Below, piece by piece: positions 1-8,442 of a stretch of DNA of 64,000 nt. Position 1 is the first letter of the stretch. Every line of letters starts with the position of its first letter. Below the pieces are notes generated by a model. It had not been told where the DNA came from, searched no databases, and saw only the letters and a program-made list of their open reading frames with translations. Origin of the DNA: Candidatus Falkowbacteria bacterium CG10_big_fil_rev_8_21_14_0_10_39_11 (GTDB lineage: Bacteria > Patescibacteriota > Patescibacteriia > UBA11705); NCBI GenBank assembly GCA_002773615.1, contig PFAP01000011.1:8307-72306 (forward strand), in the 5' to 3' direction. The position numbers and the translations under genes are program-made.

Positions 1-1036
1 TATAAGTATCCGGCCTGACCACAAATCCTTGAGCCACTCGATTAAACAAAGCATCCACAAATCTTTTAGAAACAAAAGAATTCAAAATTGTCGAGCCGAT
101 CGCCTCCGGAATTGATTCAATGGTAGCCAAAGCCTGCGCATGTTCTTCAGCTGGCGCTTTTAACGATTTATCAATATAACTTTTTGTCACAGTTTCAGCT
201 GTCCCTGGCGGGTTTTGGACTACCGTTCCTGTTGGGTTAGTCTTCGCCTTATAACTACCCTCACCTTCTTTTCGTTCATCTTCCAAAGCCTTTACTTGTT
301 CCTTCTGCTTTGTCTCAAGCAAATCATAAGTCCAAATATAAGTACCAATTTCACTTTGCTGTGGCTCAAACCCCTTAACCACCTGATCAATCGCCAAAAA
401 TGAAGCGACTTCCGGATTATCATAATATCGATCTTTCAAATCTTTAGTAAAACCTTCCCAATTATCTTTTACCTGACTCCAAGAACAACGCTGATTTTTG
501 GTTCTTCGGTCAAATGGATCCCTATTAGCCCCCTTCTCTACTGAGCGGATAATCCGAAGCTTCAGCTCGACATTTGGCTCACAAATATCGAAATATTCCG
601 CCCATGGTCCAGACAAACTAATATCAGCCAAAACATCCGTCAGAACAGCCTCTTCAACTTTATCCACGTATGATGTCCAAGTGTCCGCATACCAAATCGG
701 TTGCTGACCAAAACTCCCTGTTTCCAAATATTCAATTGACCGCCGAGACAAATCTTGGGTCAAACTGATTGATAAATTTTTGAGTGACAAAGCAGCACTT
801 TTGACCAATACTTTATAAATTCGCTCCTTAATTGTACCAGCCACTTTATCCGCCGTATGAGTAGCTGCACTTTTTGACTGACCAATCAACTCTATAACGT
901 CACTCTCTGGACTCTTTGTTATCACCGCTGCAGCCAGCACATGATTTGCAACAAAAAAACTGGCCATCAAAATCAGCAAAGCAACAAGCAACGATTTTTT
1001 TACACTGAATCTTTTTCTAGATTTCATGTGCTGCAT
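1..1036 (-). CDS. Hypothetical secreted protein, partial (3' end runs off the window start; start may be ATG at 1036 or 1027)
   Basis: Manual translation of the minus strand gives an open frame from ATG near 1036 down to position 1 (MQHMKSRKRFSVKKSLLVALLILMASFFVANHVLAAAVITKSPE...), with an N-terminal signal-peptide-like segment. Absent from the ORF track only because no stop lies inside the window. Confidence 0.4.
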   Translation of the reverse strand, partial: MQHMKSRKRFSVKKSLLVALLILMASFFVANHVLAAAVITKSPESDVIELIGQSKSAATHTADKVAGTIKERIYKVLVKSAALSLKNLSISLTQDLSRRSIEYLETGSFGQQPIWYADTWTSYVDKVEEAVLTDVLADISLSGPWAEYFDICEPNVELKLRIIRSVEKGANRDPFDRRTKNQRCSWSQVKDNWEGFTKDLKDRYYDNPEVASFLAIDQVVKGFEPQQSEIGTYIWTYDLLETKQKEQVKALEDERKEGEGSYKAKTNPTGTVVQNPPGTAETVTKSYIDKSLKAPAEEHAQALATIESIPEAIGSTILNSFVSKRFVDALFNRVAQGFVVRPDTY

Positions 1037-1066
1037 ATTTGTATATATATTTTATTTTCTTGATTA

Positions 1067-1894
1067 TTAAGAACCACTGGCTGCACTCCAAGCGTCCTGA
1101 AAAATTCCCCTTAATTCTTCATCACTCACAGCGCTGATTGTCTCTTCATCTACTCCACTGTCTCTCAAGACTTGTTTCAATTCTTCAATCGTATAGCTTT
1201 GGGGATCTGTTTTCTCTGGCGTAGTAGTAGTAGTAGTAGTAGTCGCAGCATTTTCTTGAGCTAATATCTCATTATAAATACTGATCAATTCACCATCCCC
1301 AACCACGGCCAATTCTTCATTTGTAAACAAGCCTGCACCGACTAACAAAACTCGAATTTCCGCCGCTGTCGGAGCCTCTTCACCGGTCACATCCTGAGGC
1401 TTCGGACTCAAATTTTCAGTAAAACTTGTTTTCGCACACTCTTTACCTTCAGGACAATTGGGGTCACTGCCCAACTCTACCTCAACCTGATCTGTTAGCC
1501 CATCACTATCACTATCAATCAAGTATGGACTGGTTTTCCATAAATTCAACTCATCATAATCGCTAAGACCATCCTCATCAGTATCTTTTTGTTTTTCTGC
1601 CGCAATCAAATCGGCCTCGGTTTTAAACATGTCTTCAGCGGTCACACCATCCTTTTGTTTCGTCAACTTATCGGCATTGGGTATTGGCACATCAAAAAAA
1701 GATTTCGCATTTACCCCCATCACCACCACAATCAAAACAAAAATCATCACCAACATTGAACCCAATATTATTTGTTTGTGATTTAAATCCTTGAAACTAT
1801 TTGGAGCTGAATTATTTCTTTTAAAATCAGAATAATTCTCTTGATTACCATCAAAAGAGGATCGGTCTTCTTCATGTAGACGATCTTGATTCAT
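1067..1894 (-). CDS. Membrane-anchored protein with thrombospondin-type-3-like Ca-binding repeats (DxDxDG) and a poly-Thr tract
   Basis: One TM helix (VMIFVLIVVVMGV); motifs DTDEDGLSDYDE and DSDSDGLTDQVE; T8 run encoded by an (AGT)n microsatellite. Confidence 0.55.
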   Translation of the reverse strand: MNQDRLHEEDRSSFDGNQENYSDFKRNNSAPNSFKDLNHKQIILGSMLVMIFVLIVVVMGVNAKSFFDVPIPNADKLTKQKDGVTAEDMFKTEADLIAAEKQKDTDEDGLSDYDELNLWKTSPYLIDSDSDGLTDQVEVELGSDPNCPEGKECAKTSFTENLSPKPQDVTGEEAPTAAEIRVLLVGAGLFTNEELAVVGDGELISIYNEILAQENAATTTTTTTTPEKTDPQSYTIEELKQVLRDSGVDEETISAVSDEELRGIFQDAWSAASGS

Positions 1895-2017
1895 TAACGT
1901 AAATTATTTCATTTCAATTATACCACAAACATACTCTTTAACGAAGATAATTATTCACATAATCTAAACAAAAAAGACCAGCTTCAAACTGTCCTTTTTT
2001 TTATATTTTGGATCCGC

Positions 2018-2836
2018 CTAAATTGGCAGTTTTTTGGTCAAATCAGCCCAGTTTTCCACAGATAATTCCTGCGCACGAACCGTTTCCTTCAAACCTAATT
2101 CTTGTAATTTTTGACCAATTTCATCACTGGAAATTCTCAATCCGGCTGACAAATTATTTTTGAGTTGTTTTCTTTTGGCGGAAAAACCAATTTTAGACAA
2201 CTGAAAAAACCGCTTTTGGTCGACCTCAAACCGTGGACCGGTCACCTCCAAATCCAAAACCGCGCTGTCAACTTTTGGTGCTGGAAAAAAACTCTTTGCC
2301 CCCACGATGGTCACAATCCTTGGTTTTGCAAACAATTGAACCGACAAAGCCAACAGACTCATCTTCCCTGGTTCAGCGACAACCCGTTCAGCCACTTCTT
2401 TTTGCACCAATAACACCATTTTGGTTGGACGCAGATCATGCTCCAAAAATTTTCGCAAAAAATGTGAGGTAATATTATATGGGATGTTAGCGACAATCTT
2501 ATATTTTTCACCTTCAAAATTGTCAACAATCTCTTCAATTGGCAATTTCAAAACATCGTTATTGATTATGGTCAAATTTTCCGCTCTTTTAAATTGCTTT
2601 TTGAGCACATAAATCAAAGATCGATCAAGCTCCACCGTCACCACTCGCTTTACTCGGGGCAAAAGCTCTTCGGTCAAGACTCCCAGTCCCGGCCCGATCT
2701 CCAACACATCATCCTGATCGGTCAATTCAGCCGCTTTGACAATCTGATGCAACGGTTCTGGATTAATCAAAAAATTCTGCCCTGCACTTCGTTTGGGTTT
2801 TACATTATATTTTTTAATCAACTCTCTCACATTCAT
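2018..2836 (-). CDS. rsmA: 16S rRNA (adenine1518/1519-N6)-dimethyltransferase RsmA/KsgA
   Basis: GQNFLINPEPLHQIV, SAM-binding VLEIGPGLGVLT, and overall KsgA architecture. Confidence 0.9.
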   Translation of the reverse strand: MNVRELIKKYNVKPKRSAGQNFLINPEPLHQIVKAAELTDQDDVLEIGPGLGVLTEELLPRVKRVVTVELDRSLIYVLKKQFKRAENLTIINNDVLKLPIEEIVDNFEGEKYKIVANIPYNITSHFLRKFLEHDLRPTKMVLLVQKEVAERVVAEPGKMSLLALSVQLFAKPRIVTIVGAKSFFPAPKVDSAVLDLEVTGPRFEVDQKRFFQLSKIGFSAKRKQLKNNLSAGLRISSDEIGQKLQELGLKETVRAQELSVENWADLTKKLPI

Positions 2837-2920
2837 AATATTTTAGATTCTGCATTTGTTGAATTCTGCGCCGAAGGACGCATCCATCCTCTGGCGGAGT
2901 AGTAATCGCTGATTTGTTAC

Positions 2921-4096
2921 TTAAATCAAATTAATCAACAATGATATTCCTGCCGCAAAAATAAAGCTCAAATTAATATCTTGTGTCACCACCAAAAGTC
3001 CCATCATCAAAACCACCATCAATACTCGACCAAAATTCAACGAAATCTCTCGCAGAACATTATACTCATCAACCATATTACCGCTATCAGCCGCTTTTTC
3101 ATATCGTAAAGCATCGTATGGCGTCCGCATCACAATCGCCGCAAAACTATGATAAGTGCTGGCTAAAAAAATATGAAAACCGGTCGCTACAAAAATCTTG
3201 ACCACCCAGCCGAGTGAATACAAAAAGGTACCGTACTTCATTACCTTTCTTTTGTCAAACTTATCGGTATAATCACCAACCACCAATTTGACCACAATAC
3301 TGCCCAAAATAATCACCGATGAAACAATACCCATCGCCGAATAACTTTCATTCATCACCAACCAGATAAATAGCGGCCACAAAACCATTCCAACAAACCC
3401 CTGAGCTCCATCAGCTGCGTATGAAATAAAATTTTTCCGATTTTTTTTGGCAAACGCCTTTTTATATGATTCAAAATAACCAAAAGTAAATTCTTCTTTC
3501 TTTTCCGGTAAAAATACAAGCGGCATAGCAGACACAAGACAAATAAAGCTAGCCGCAATAAACAACATACTAAAACTATAATTTTCCAGTACAAACCCAG
3601 AAATTAACGGCAAAAAAATCGCCACCAAAGAAGCAATGGCCGAAAAAAGCGAAATTTGTTTACCTCGAGTTTTTCGGTTGGTAAATTTAGCAAAATCTGT
3701 ATGAAACTGAATCCAATACAACATCCGACACATATTAATGGCCAAAATAGCAAAAACCAGAAACATACTATCTCCGGTTGAATCAAAAAAATTAAAAAAC
3801 CAATAATACATGGCCACAAAAACTACCGAAATGATCAATGATTTTTTGATCCCAAAGGCTGTCATCATCTTGGCTCCAATTGGTACCAACAAAAACCACA
3901 AACCATAACTGACCAAAAAATACAAAGCGACTAAAGTAAACGACTGCAATCTTTGATACAAAAACACTGGAATAAATAAGCCCAATAGCCCATTCGCAAT
4001 TTGTTGAATCAGTTGATTTGAATATAAGGCAGTCAACGGCCCTGACAATTTTACATTTTTAAAATCATGAATTATCTCCCACTTGTACTCATGCAT
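2921..4096 (-). CDS. Polytopic membrane transporter (MFS-like, ~12 TM)
   Basis: 391 aa, almost entirely hydrophobic helices with short basic loops; no soluble domain. Confidence 0.5.
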   Translation of the reverse strand: MHEYKWEIIHDFKNVKLSGPLTALYSNQLIQQIANGLLGLFIPVFLYQRLQSFTLVALYFLVSYGLWFLLVPIGAKMMTAFGIKKSLIISVVFVAMYYWFFNFFDSTGDSMFLVFAILAINMCRMLYWIQFHTDFAKFTNRKTRGKQISLFSAIASLVAIFLPLISGFVLENYSFSMLFIAASFICLVSAMPLVFLPEKKEEFTFGYFESYKKAFAKKNRKNFISYAADGAQGFVGMVLWPLFIWLVMNESYSAMGIVSSVIILGSIVVKLVVGDYTDKFDKRKVMKYGTFLYSLGWVVKIFVATGFHIFLASTYHSFAAIVMRTPYDALRYEKAADSGNMVDEYNVLREISLNFGRVLMVVLMMGLLVVTQDINLSFIFAAGISLLINLI

Positions 4097-4140
4097 AGTA
4101 ATTTTTATTTTTATTTTATTGTTTTATTACTGTCTTGTTT

Positions 4141-4380
4141 TCCACCATCCTGCTTTCATGTTTCACCTGTCGCCGTAGTTTTAACGTAGGCAGAATGTTC
4201 TCGTGCTTCCCTGTTTTAATTTTTGTCATGCTGAGCCTGCCTGCCGTTAGGCAGGGCTCTCAAAGCATAGTTGCCTAATAGACGGTTACCCTTCGAGTAC
4301 CCTGCCTACTCGCCTCGATTTGCCAATCGGGCGAAGCGGACCGGCAGGCAGGCTCGGGATAACAAGACTAATTGTTCTCA
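4141..4380. repeat. GC-rich intergenic element, copy A; 14-bp perfect inverted arms GAGCCTGCCTGCCG (4243-4256) / CGGCAGGCAGGCTC (4342-4355)
   Basis: Shares TTTTGTCATGCTGA, TTTTAACGTAGGC and the GCCTGCCTGCCGG core with the element at 58345-58500 and with palindromes at 53030-53050 and 54990-55010. Strong compositional contrast with the AT-rich flanks. Confidence 0.55.
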
Positions 4381-4437
4381 TCCTTTTTATTCTATTTCTC
4401 TCCGTCAAAACACGCCTCGGCGCGTTACTTCACTTAT

Positions 4438-5589
4438 TTAACTCCCCAATTTACCAATAATTTTTTCCGCCTGTTCTCCTTCCACCAACTCCGGCCGACA
4501 ATAATCTTGAATCTCAATCGGATAATATTCCACGTCCGTTACTCCTTCTTTATTCAAATGAAGCATCACCCCCAAGCCTTCTCGAGTGTCCTGGCTCCAC
4601 ATTTGATCAAAAACAAAGTTACCCAAACTATAATAAATATATCTATCTTTATAAATTTCCATTTTTTGCACCACGTGAGGATGATGCCCCAAAACCACAT
4701 CAGCGCCACTATCAATCGCCACGTGAGCAAATTCAGTTTGATGCACCGCTGGATCATTGACATACTCAACACCATCATGCATTGAAACAATAATCAAATC
4801 AACTTTTTCTTCATGTGCTGTATTTATATCAGCAATCAATTGCTCAGTATCCATAAGTGCCATTCCAGCTCTAGCAGTCGTCGCTTTATAACTTTCCGGG
4901 CCATAAGCATAGGACAAAAAAGCAATTTTTATTCCCTTGACTTCTTTTATCAATGGATTTACTATTTTATTCAAATTTTCCCCCACCCCAACATAATCAA
5001 GATTATTTTTTCCCAAGTATTCAAATGTTTTAACCAAACCTTCTGAGCCATAATTCATAATATGGTTGTTGGGTAAACTCAAGATATCAAACCCAGCCAA
5101 AGCCAAAGCTTCAGCTGAACGCGGATCCGCCCGAAAAGAAAAAGAACCATCATCAACCAGTGGACCTTCAATTATCGGACTTTCCAGATTGGCCATCGCA
5201 ATATCGGCCGACTGCACCAACTTCCGAGTCGGCTCAAGACAATACATAAAATCATTCTTGGCGAGCATCTTTCGCTCAACCGCTCGACTCATCATAATAT
5301 CGCCTACGGCGAACAAAGTAATTTCTTCTTTTTCTTTTTTTTGAAATAAAGCAATCTGTTCTTGCTGTATTTTTTTCCACTGATCAAAATCCAAATAAAC
5401 CAACTGCTCCGGCAAATAAACTTTTTCAAACACCAAATCATCCTCAGCCCAAAAAAACACCGCCGAAAATGCTCCGGCCGCAATAATGATCGCTAACACA
5501 ATAACTATAATTAAAGTTGTTGATTTCCGCATACTATTTTTTAGCCTCAGTGCGCAAATAAGCTTCAACAAAAGGCATAATTTCACCAT
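4438..5589 (-). CDS. CapA/PgsA-family protein (poly-gamma-glutamate capsule biosynthesis, metallophosphatase fold), N-terminal TM anchor
   Basis: LFAVGDIMMSR ... NLESPI ... LSLPNNHIMNYG ... GHHPHVVQ motifs typical of the PGA_cap family. The true start is probably the internal MRKSTT. Confidence 0.7.
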   Translation of the reverse strand: MVKLCLLLKLICALRLKNSMRKSTTLIIVIVLAIIIAAGAFSAVFFWAEDDLVFEKVYLPEQLVYLDFDQWKKIQQEQIALFQKKEKEEITLFAVGDIMMSRAVERKMLAKNDFMYCLEPTRKLVQSADIAMANLESPIIEGPLVDDGSFSFRADPRSAEALALAGFDILSLPNNHIMNYGSEGLVKTFEYLGKNNLDYVGVGENLNKIVNPLIKEVKGIKIAFLSYAYGPESYKATTARAGMALMDTEQLIADINTAHEEKVDLIIVSMHDGVEYVNDPAVHQTEFAHVAIDSGADVVLGHHPHVVQKMEIYKDRYIYYSLGNFVFDQMWSQDTREGLGVMLHLNKEGVTDVEYYPIEIQDYCRPELVEGEQAEKIIGKLGS

Positions 5590-6631
5590 CCAGCACTACG
5601 TCTACCTTGTCAGTTTCCTCTCCGGTCCGATGATCTTTGACCATCTTGTATGGATGCAAAACATAAGACCGCGCTTGATTACCCCAAGCCGCTTCAGTGT
5701 ATTCACCTCTCAATTTCTGTTTTTCTTCTTCCGCTTCCGCCTCATAATATTGCTGCAACTTGGACTGCAAATGACGGAAAGCTTTTTCTTTATTTTGAAT
5801 TTGTGATCTTTCATTTTGACAGGACACGACGATACCGGTCGGGATATGGGTTATTCTAACCGCCGAATCAGTTGTATTCACACTTTGACCACCATGACCG
5901 CCGGCTCTAAAAGTATCAATCCGAAGCTCATCAGGATTTATTTCCACCGTCACTTCATCATCAAGCCATGGCAAAACTTCCACCATCGCAAATGAGGTGT
6001 GCCGCATCTTTTCCGCATCAAACGGTGAAATCCGGACCAATCGATGCACACCAGACTCAGCTTTCAAATAACCATAAGCATATCGTCCTTCCACTTCAAA
6101 TTGTACGCTTTTGATACCCGCCTCTTGGCCAGAAGAGATATTGGTTATTTCCGTTTTCCACCCCTGTTTTTCGGCAAATCGTAAATACATCCGCAAAAGC
6201 ATCTCCACCCAATCTTGAGCATCAGTTCCACCGGTCCCGGCATAAAGAGAAACCAGCGCTGACTTTTTGTCATATTTACTCGCCAACAATAAACTCACTT
6301 CCATATGGGCAAATCTTTTTTCCACCTGAGCAATTTGCTTTTCAAAGTCTTCTCGCATATTCACTCCCTGATCTTCAATATCGAGCTTCAACATTTCCAT
6401 CAAATCTTCCAAATCTTGTTTAAACTTTTGCCACAAATCAATCTCATCTCTCAGACCACTGGCTTCCTCAGATATATGACGAGCTTTGTCTTGATTATTC
6501 CAAAATCCAGGTTTACTCATTTCTTGTTCCAAAGCCTCCATCCGCTCCTGTTTTTTCCCAATATCAACAATCCCCCACGCTCGCAGGAGTCTTTGCTGTA
6601 AATCTTCTAATTGTTGCTGCAAATCATTCAT
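5534..6631 (-). CDS. prfB: Peptide chain release factor 2 (no programmed frameshift; single continuous ORF)
   Basis: SPF tripeptide (ISPFDAEKMRHTSFA) and GGQ motif (RAGGHGGQSVNTTDSAVRITHIPTGIVV); 365 aa. Confidence 0.9.
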   Translation of the reverse strand: MNDLQQQLEDLQQRLLRAWGIVDIGKKQERMEALEQEMSKPGFWNNQDKARHISEEASGLRDEIDLWQKFKQDLEDLMEMLKLDIEDQGVNMREDFEKQIAQVEKRFAHMEVSLLLASKYDKKSALVSLYAGTGGTDAQDWVEMLLRMYLRFAEKQGWKTEITNISSGQEAGIKSVQFEVEGRYAYGYLKAESGVHRLVRISPFDAEKMRHTSFAMVEVLPWLDDEVTVEINPDELRIDTFRAGGHGGQSVNTTDSAVRITHIPTGIVVSCQNERSQIQNKEKAFRHLQSKLQQYYEAEAEEEKQKLRGEYTEAAWGNQARSYVLHPYKMVKDHRTGEETDKVDVVLDGEIMPFVEAYLRTEAKK

Positions 6632-6698
6632 AGCTTTAACTCGGAAAGTTTAGCACATCTCATAATTACTGCAAAATTTTTGTAGTTATGGTTAACCA

Positions 6699-6727
6699 TT
6701 GACAATTATATCACTATATGCTTAAAT
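6699..6727 (+). promoter_or_regulatory. Sigma70-like promoter (TTGACA-17-TTAAAT) ahead of the small membrane protein array
   Basis: AACCATTGACA ... TTAAAT motif; the AACCATTGACA block recurs at 7349-7359. Confidence 0.4.
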
Positions 6728-6762
6728 AGCCTATTGATCCTGCGCAAACAAGGAGAAACAAT

Positions 6763-7041
6763 ATGGACACAATTGCAGCTCTATTTTCTCTTGGCACTGT
6801 GGTTTTATTGATTATTTCTCTACAAGCTCGATACAAGAACAATGCAAAACTGATTATTCTCATCATCGCGACGGCAATTCTCTGTGCTGCGGCCAATCTA
6901 TTGGCTTTCATCTTTGTGATTAAAAATGAGAATACTTATTTTTTCAATTTTATTTGTGACTTATTTATTCTCGGTACACAAATTTTACGGTTATATCTAC
7001 TAAAGACCAATCCGCCAACAAGGAGCAACAATGTTCGTTAA
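6763..7041 (+). CDS. Small 3-TM membrane protein (array member 1)
   Basis: 92 aa, three hydrophobic helices, basic C-tail; SD AAGGAGAAAC precedes the ATG. Confidence 0.5.
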   Translation: MDTIAALFSLGTVVLLIISLQARYKNNAKLIILIIATAILCAAANLLAFIFVIKNENTYFFNFICDLFILGTQILRLYLLKTNPPTRSNNVR

Positions 7042-7312
7042 CACCATCACCATGATTATCGGCGTTATTATGACCAATCTAATCCTTATTGGCTTTGCTC
7101 CCAAACTGATACACAACTTCAAATACATTTTGACTATCTTCGCCTTTGCAACTCTATATTTCGTTGGATGTTTGTTGATTTATAAATTTGAACTAGCAGA
7201 AAATTTTGGGTTTACCTTAGGTATGAGCATATTTATTCTCTGCACCAACCTATTTCGACTAATCTTTACCTACCAGATCAGTAAAGAAACTACTGAACAA
7301 ACCACTAACTAA
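7031..7312 (+). CDS. Small 3-TM membrane protein (array member 2; start overlaps member 1 stop, ATGTTCGTTAA)
   Basis: 93 aa, three hydrophobic helices; SD AAGGAGCAAC. Confidence 0.5.
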   Translation: MFVNTITMIIGVIMTNLILIGFAPKLIHNFKYILTIFAFATLYFVGCLLIYKFELAENFGFTLGMSIFILCTNLFRLIFTYQISKETTEQTTN

Positions 7313-7313
7313 T

Positions 7314-7341
7314 CGAGTAAACACTCGATTTTTTTGTTTTT
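7314..7341 (+). terminator. Rho-independent terminator (CGAGTAAACACTCG + T-run)
   Basis: Perfect 5-bp stem followed by ATTTTTTTGTTTTT; near-identical copy at 8028-8051. Confidence 0.55.
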
Positions 7342-7353
7342 CAAACTAACCAT

Positions 7354-7381
7354 TGACAAAAAACCAGTCTTATGATATTAT
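7354..7381 (+). promoter_or_regulatory. Sigma70-like promoter (TTGACA-16-TATTAT)
   Basis: Sits directly after the terminator; same AACCATTGACA context as the 6699 promoter. Confidence 0.4.
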
Positions 7382-7415
7382 TTCAAGTTCCAAACAATCA
7401 ACAAAGGAGACAGCC

Positions 7416-7709
7416 ATGTTCATCCTGATGCTAATCATTGCGATCATGCTCAGTCTAATTTCATTCAGTGTTTATTTTTATTTTTCATTCAAGAAACCTA
7501 CTACCGCTCATCACAAGCACCTAACCGCTCTAATCGTTATCATTATTGTCAATATTCTGGCTTGGGGCTTGGCTCGAGGATATGCTTCATTTAGTCTACC
7601 CCCAGCATCTGCTAATACATTTGGCCATTTAGCCCTTCTCCTCATGTGTATGCTGACAGGAGCTGGACTTGGTTCTGTTTACATGAAGCGAAAGCTTAAC
7701 CCCAATTAA
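7416..7709 (+). CDS. Small 3-TM membrane protein (array member 3; start moved to the ATG with SD AAAGGAGACAGCC)
   Basis: MFILMLIIAIML...; 97 aa, three helices. The upstream in-frame extension in the ORF track lacks an RBS. Confidence 0.5.
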   Translation: MFILMLIIAIMLSLISFSVYFYFSFKKPTTAHHKHLTALIVIIIVNILAWGLARGYASFSLPPASANTFGHLALLLMCMLTGAGLGSVYMKRKLNPN

Positions 7710-7734
7710 TATCACCGCACTACAAAGAGAAATC

Positions 7735-8019
7735 ATGAACCTTGATACCTGGCTGGCATTCTGTACGATTTTCATGGGGATCTCCTACGTTATCATCCCA
7801 AATCTCTGTATTAGTTGGCTGAAAATGAAACCCTTGTATTATCAACCGATTCTTATCGCCGTCTATATCATTAACAGCACCATGAATTTTGTAAATTATG
7901 CGTTGCTCGATGATTGGACCTGGTTATTCTTTCCAATCATCTTCTTGCTACTGACAATCTTGTTCATGAATATTGATCGCTTCAAACGCTGGCAAAGACG
8001 TCGAGAATTGCGTCACTAA
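7735..8019 (+). CDS. Small 3-TM membrane protein (array member 4)
   Basis: 94 aa, three helices, very basic C-tail (RFKRWQRRRELRH). Confidence 0.5.
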   Translation: MNLDTWLAFCTIFMGISYVIIPNLCISWLKMKPLYYQPILIAVYIINSTMNFVNYALLDDWTWLFFPIIFLLLTILFMNIDRFKRWQRRRELRH

Positions 8020-8027
8020 TCATTCTA

Positions 8028-8051
8028 TTAAACCAATCGAGTAACACTCGG
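8028..8051 (+). terminator. Rho-independent terminator (CGAGTAACACTCG + T-run), paralogous to 7314-7341
   Basis: Same stem sequence with a 1-nt difference, followed by TTGACA-17-TAAAAT (8050-8078). Confidence 0.55.
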
Positions 8052-8116
8052 TTTTTTGTTTGACAAATTATAGCTTTCAGCTAAAATAAGAGCAGCACTT
8101 CACAGAAGGAGGCACC

Positions 8117-8365
8117 ATGGATCCAGGAATTGTCCTGATTGTAATTTTCCTTGCTACTTGCTGTTTTTTTCAACTTCCTAGTCAGCTCACCAATCACAAG
8201 TATATCAACCTGGGAATTTGCCTCAGCCTTCTGTCTGTTTCCGCTTATTGCCAATTCAGTTCTTCTGACAAAAACGCCCAAATCGCCGCTTTTATCATTC
8301 TTCTTCTCGGTGGATTCTTTGCCTTCAGAACTTATCGAACCTTTATGCCCCAAAAACAAATCTAA
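8117..8365 (+). CDS. Small 3-TM membrane protein (array member 5)
   Basis: 82 aa; SD GAAGGAGG; three helices. Confidence 0.5.
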   Translation: MDPGIVLIVIFLATCCFFQLPSQLTNHKYINLGICLSLLSVSAYCQFSSSDKNAQIAAFIILLLGGFFAFRTYRTFMPQKQI

Positions 8366-8442
8366 GCTGCCAACATGCAGTTTTTTTCTTTTACTAAACA
8401 AAAAAGCCAATCATAACAGATTGGTCATTTTATTATAAAAAA

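Noticed and set aside
2165-2902. Four plus-strand ORFs overlapping rsmA
   Set aside because: Antisense to a confidently identified rsmA; no signals; rejected as shadow ORFs.
4372-5344. Plus-strand ORFs 4372..4785, 4813..5046, 5066..5344 and minus 4566..4790 overlapping the CapA-family gene
   Set aside because: The minus-strand 383-aa ORF has clear CapA/PgsA motifs; overlapping frames lack any.
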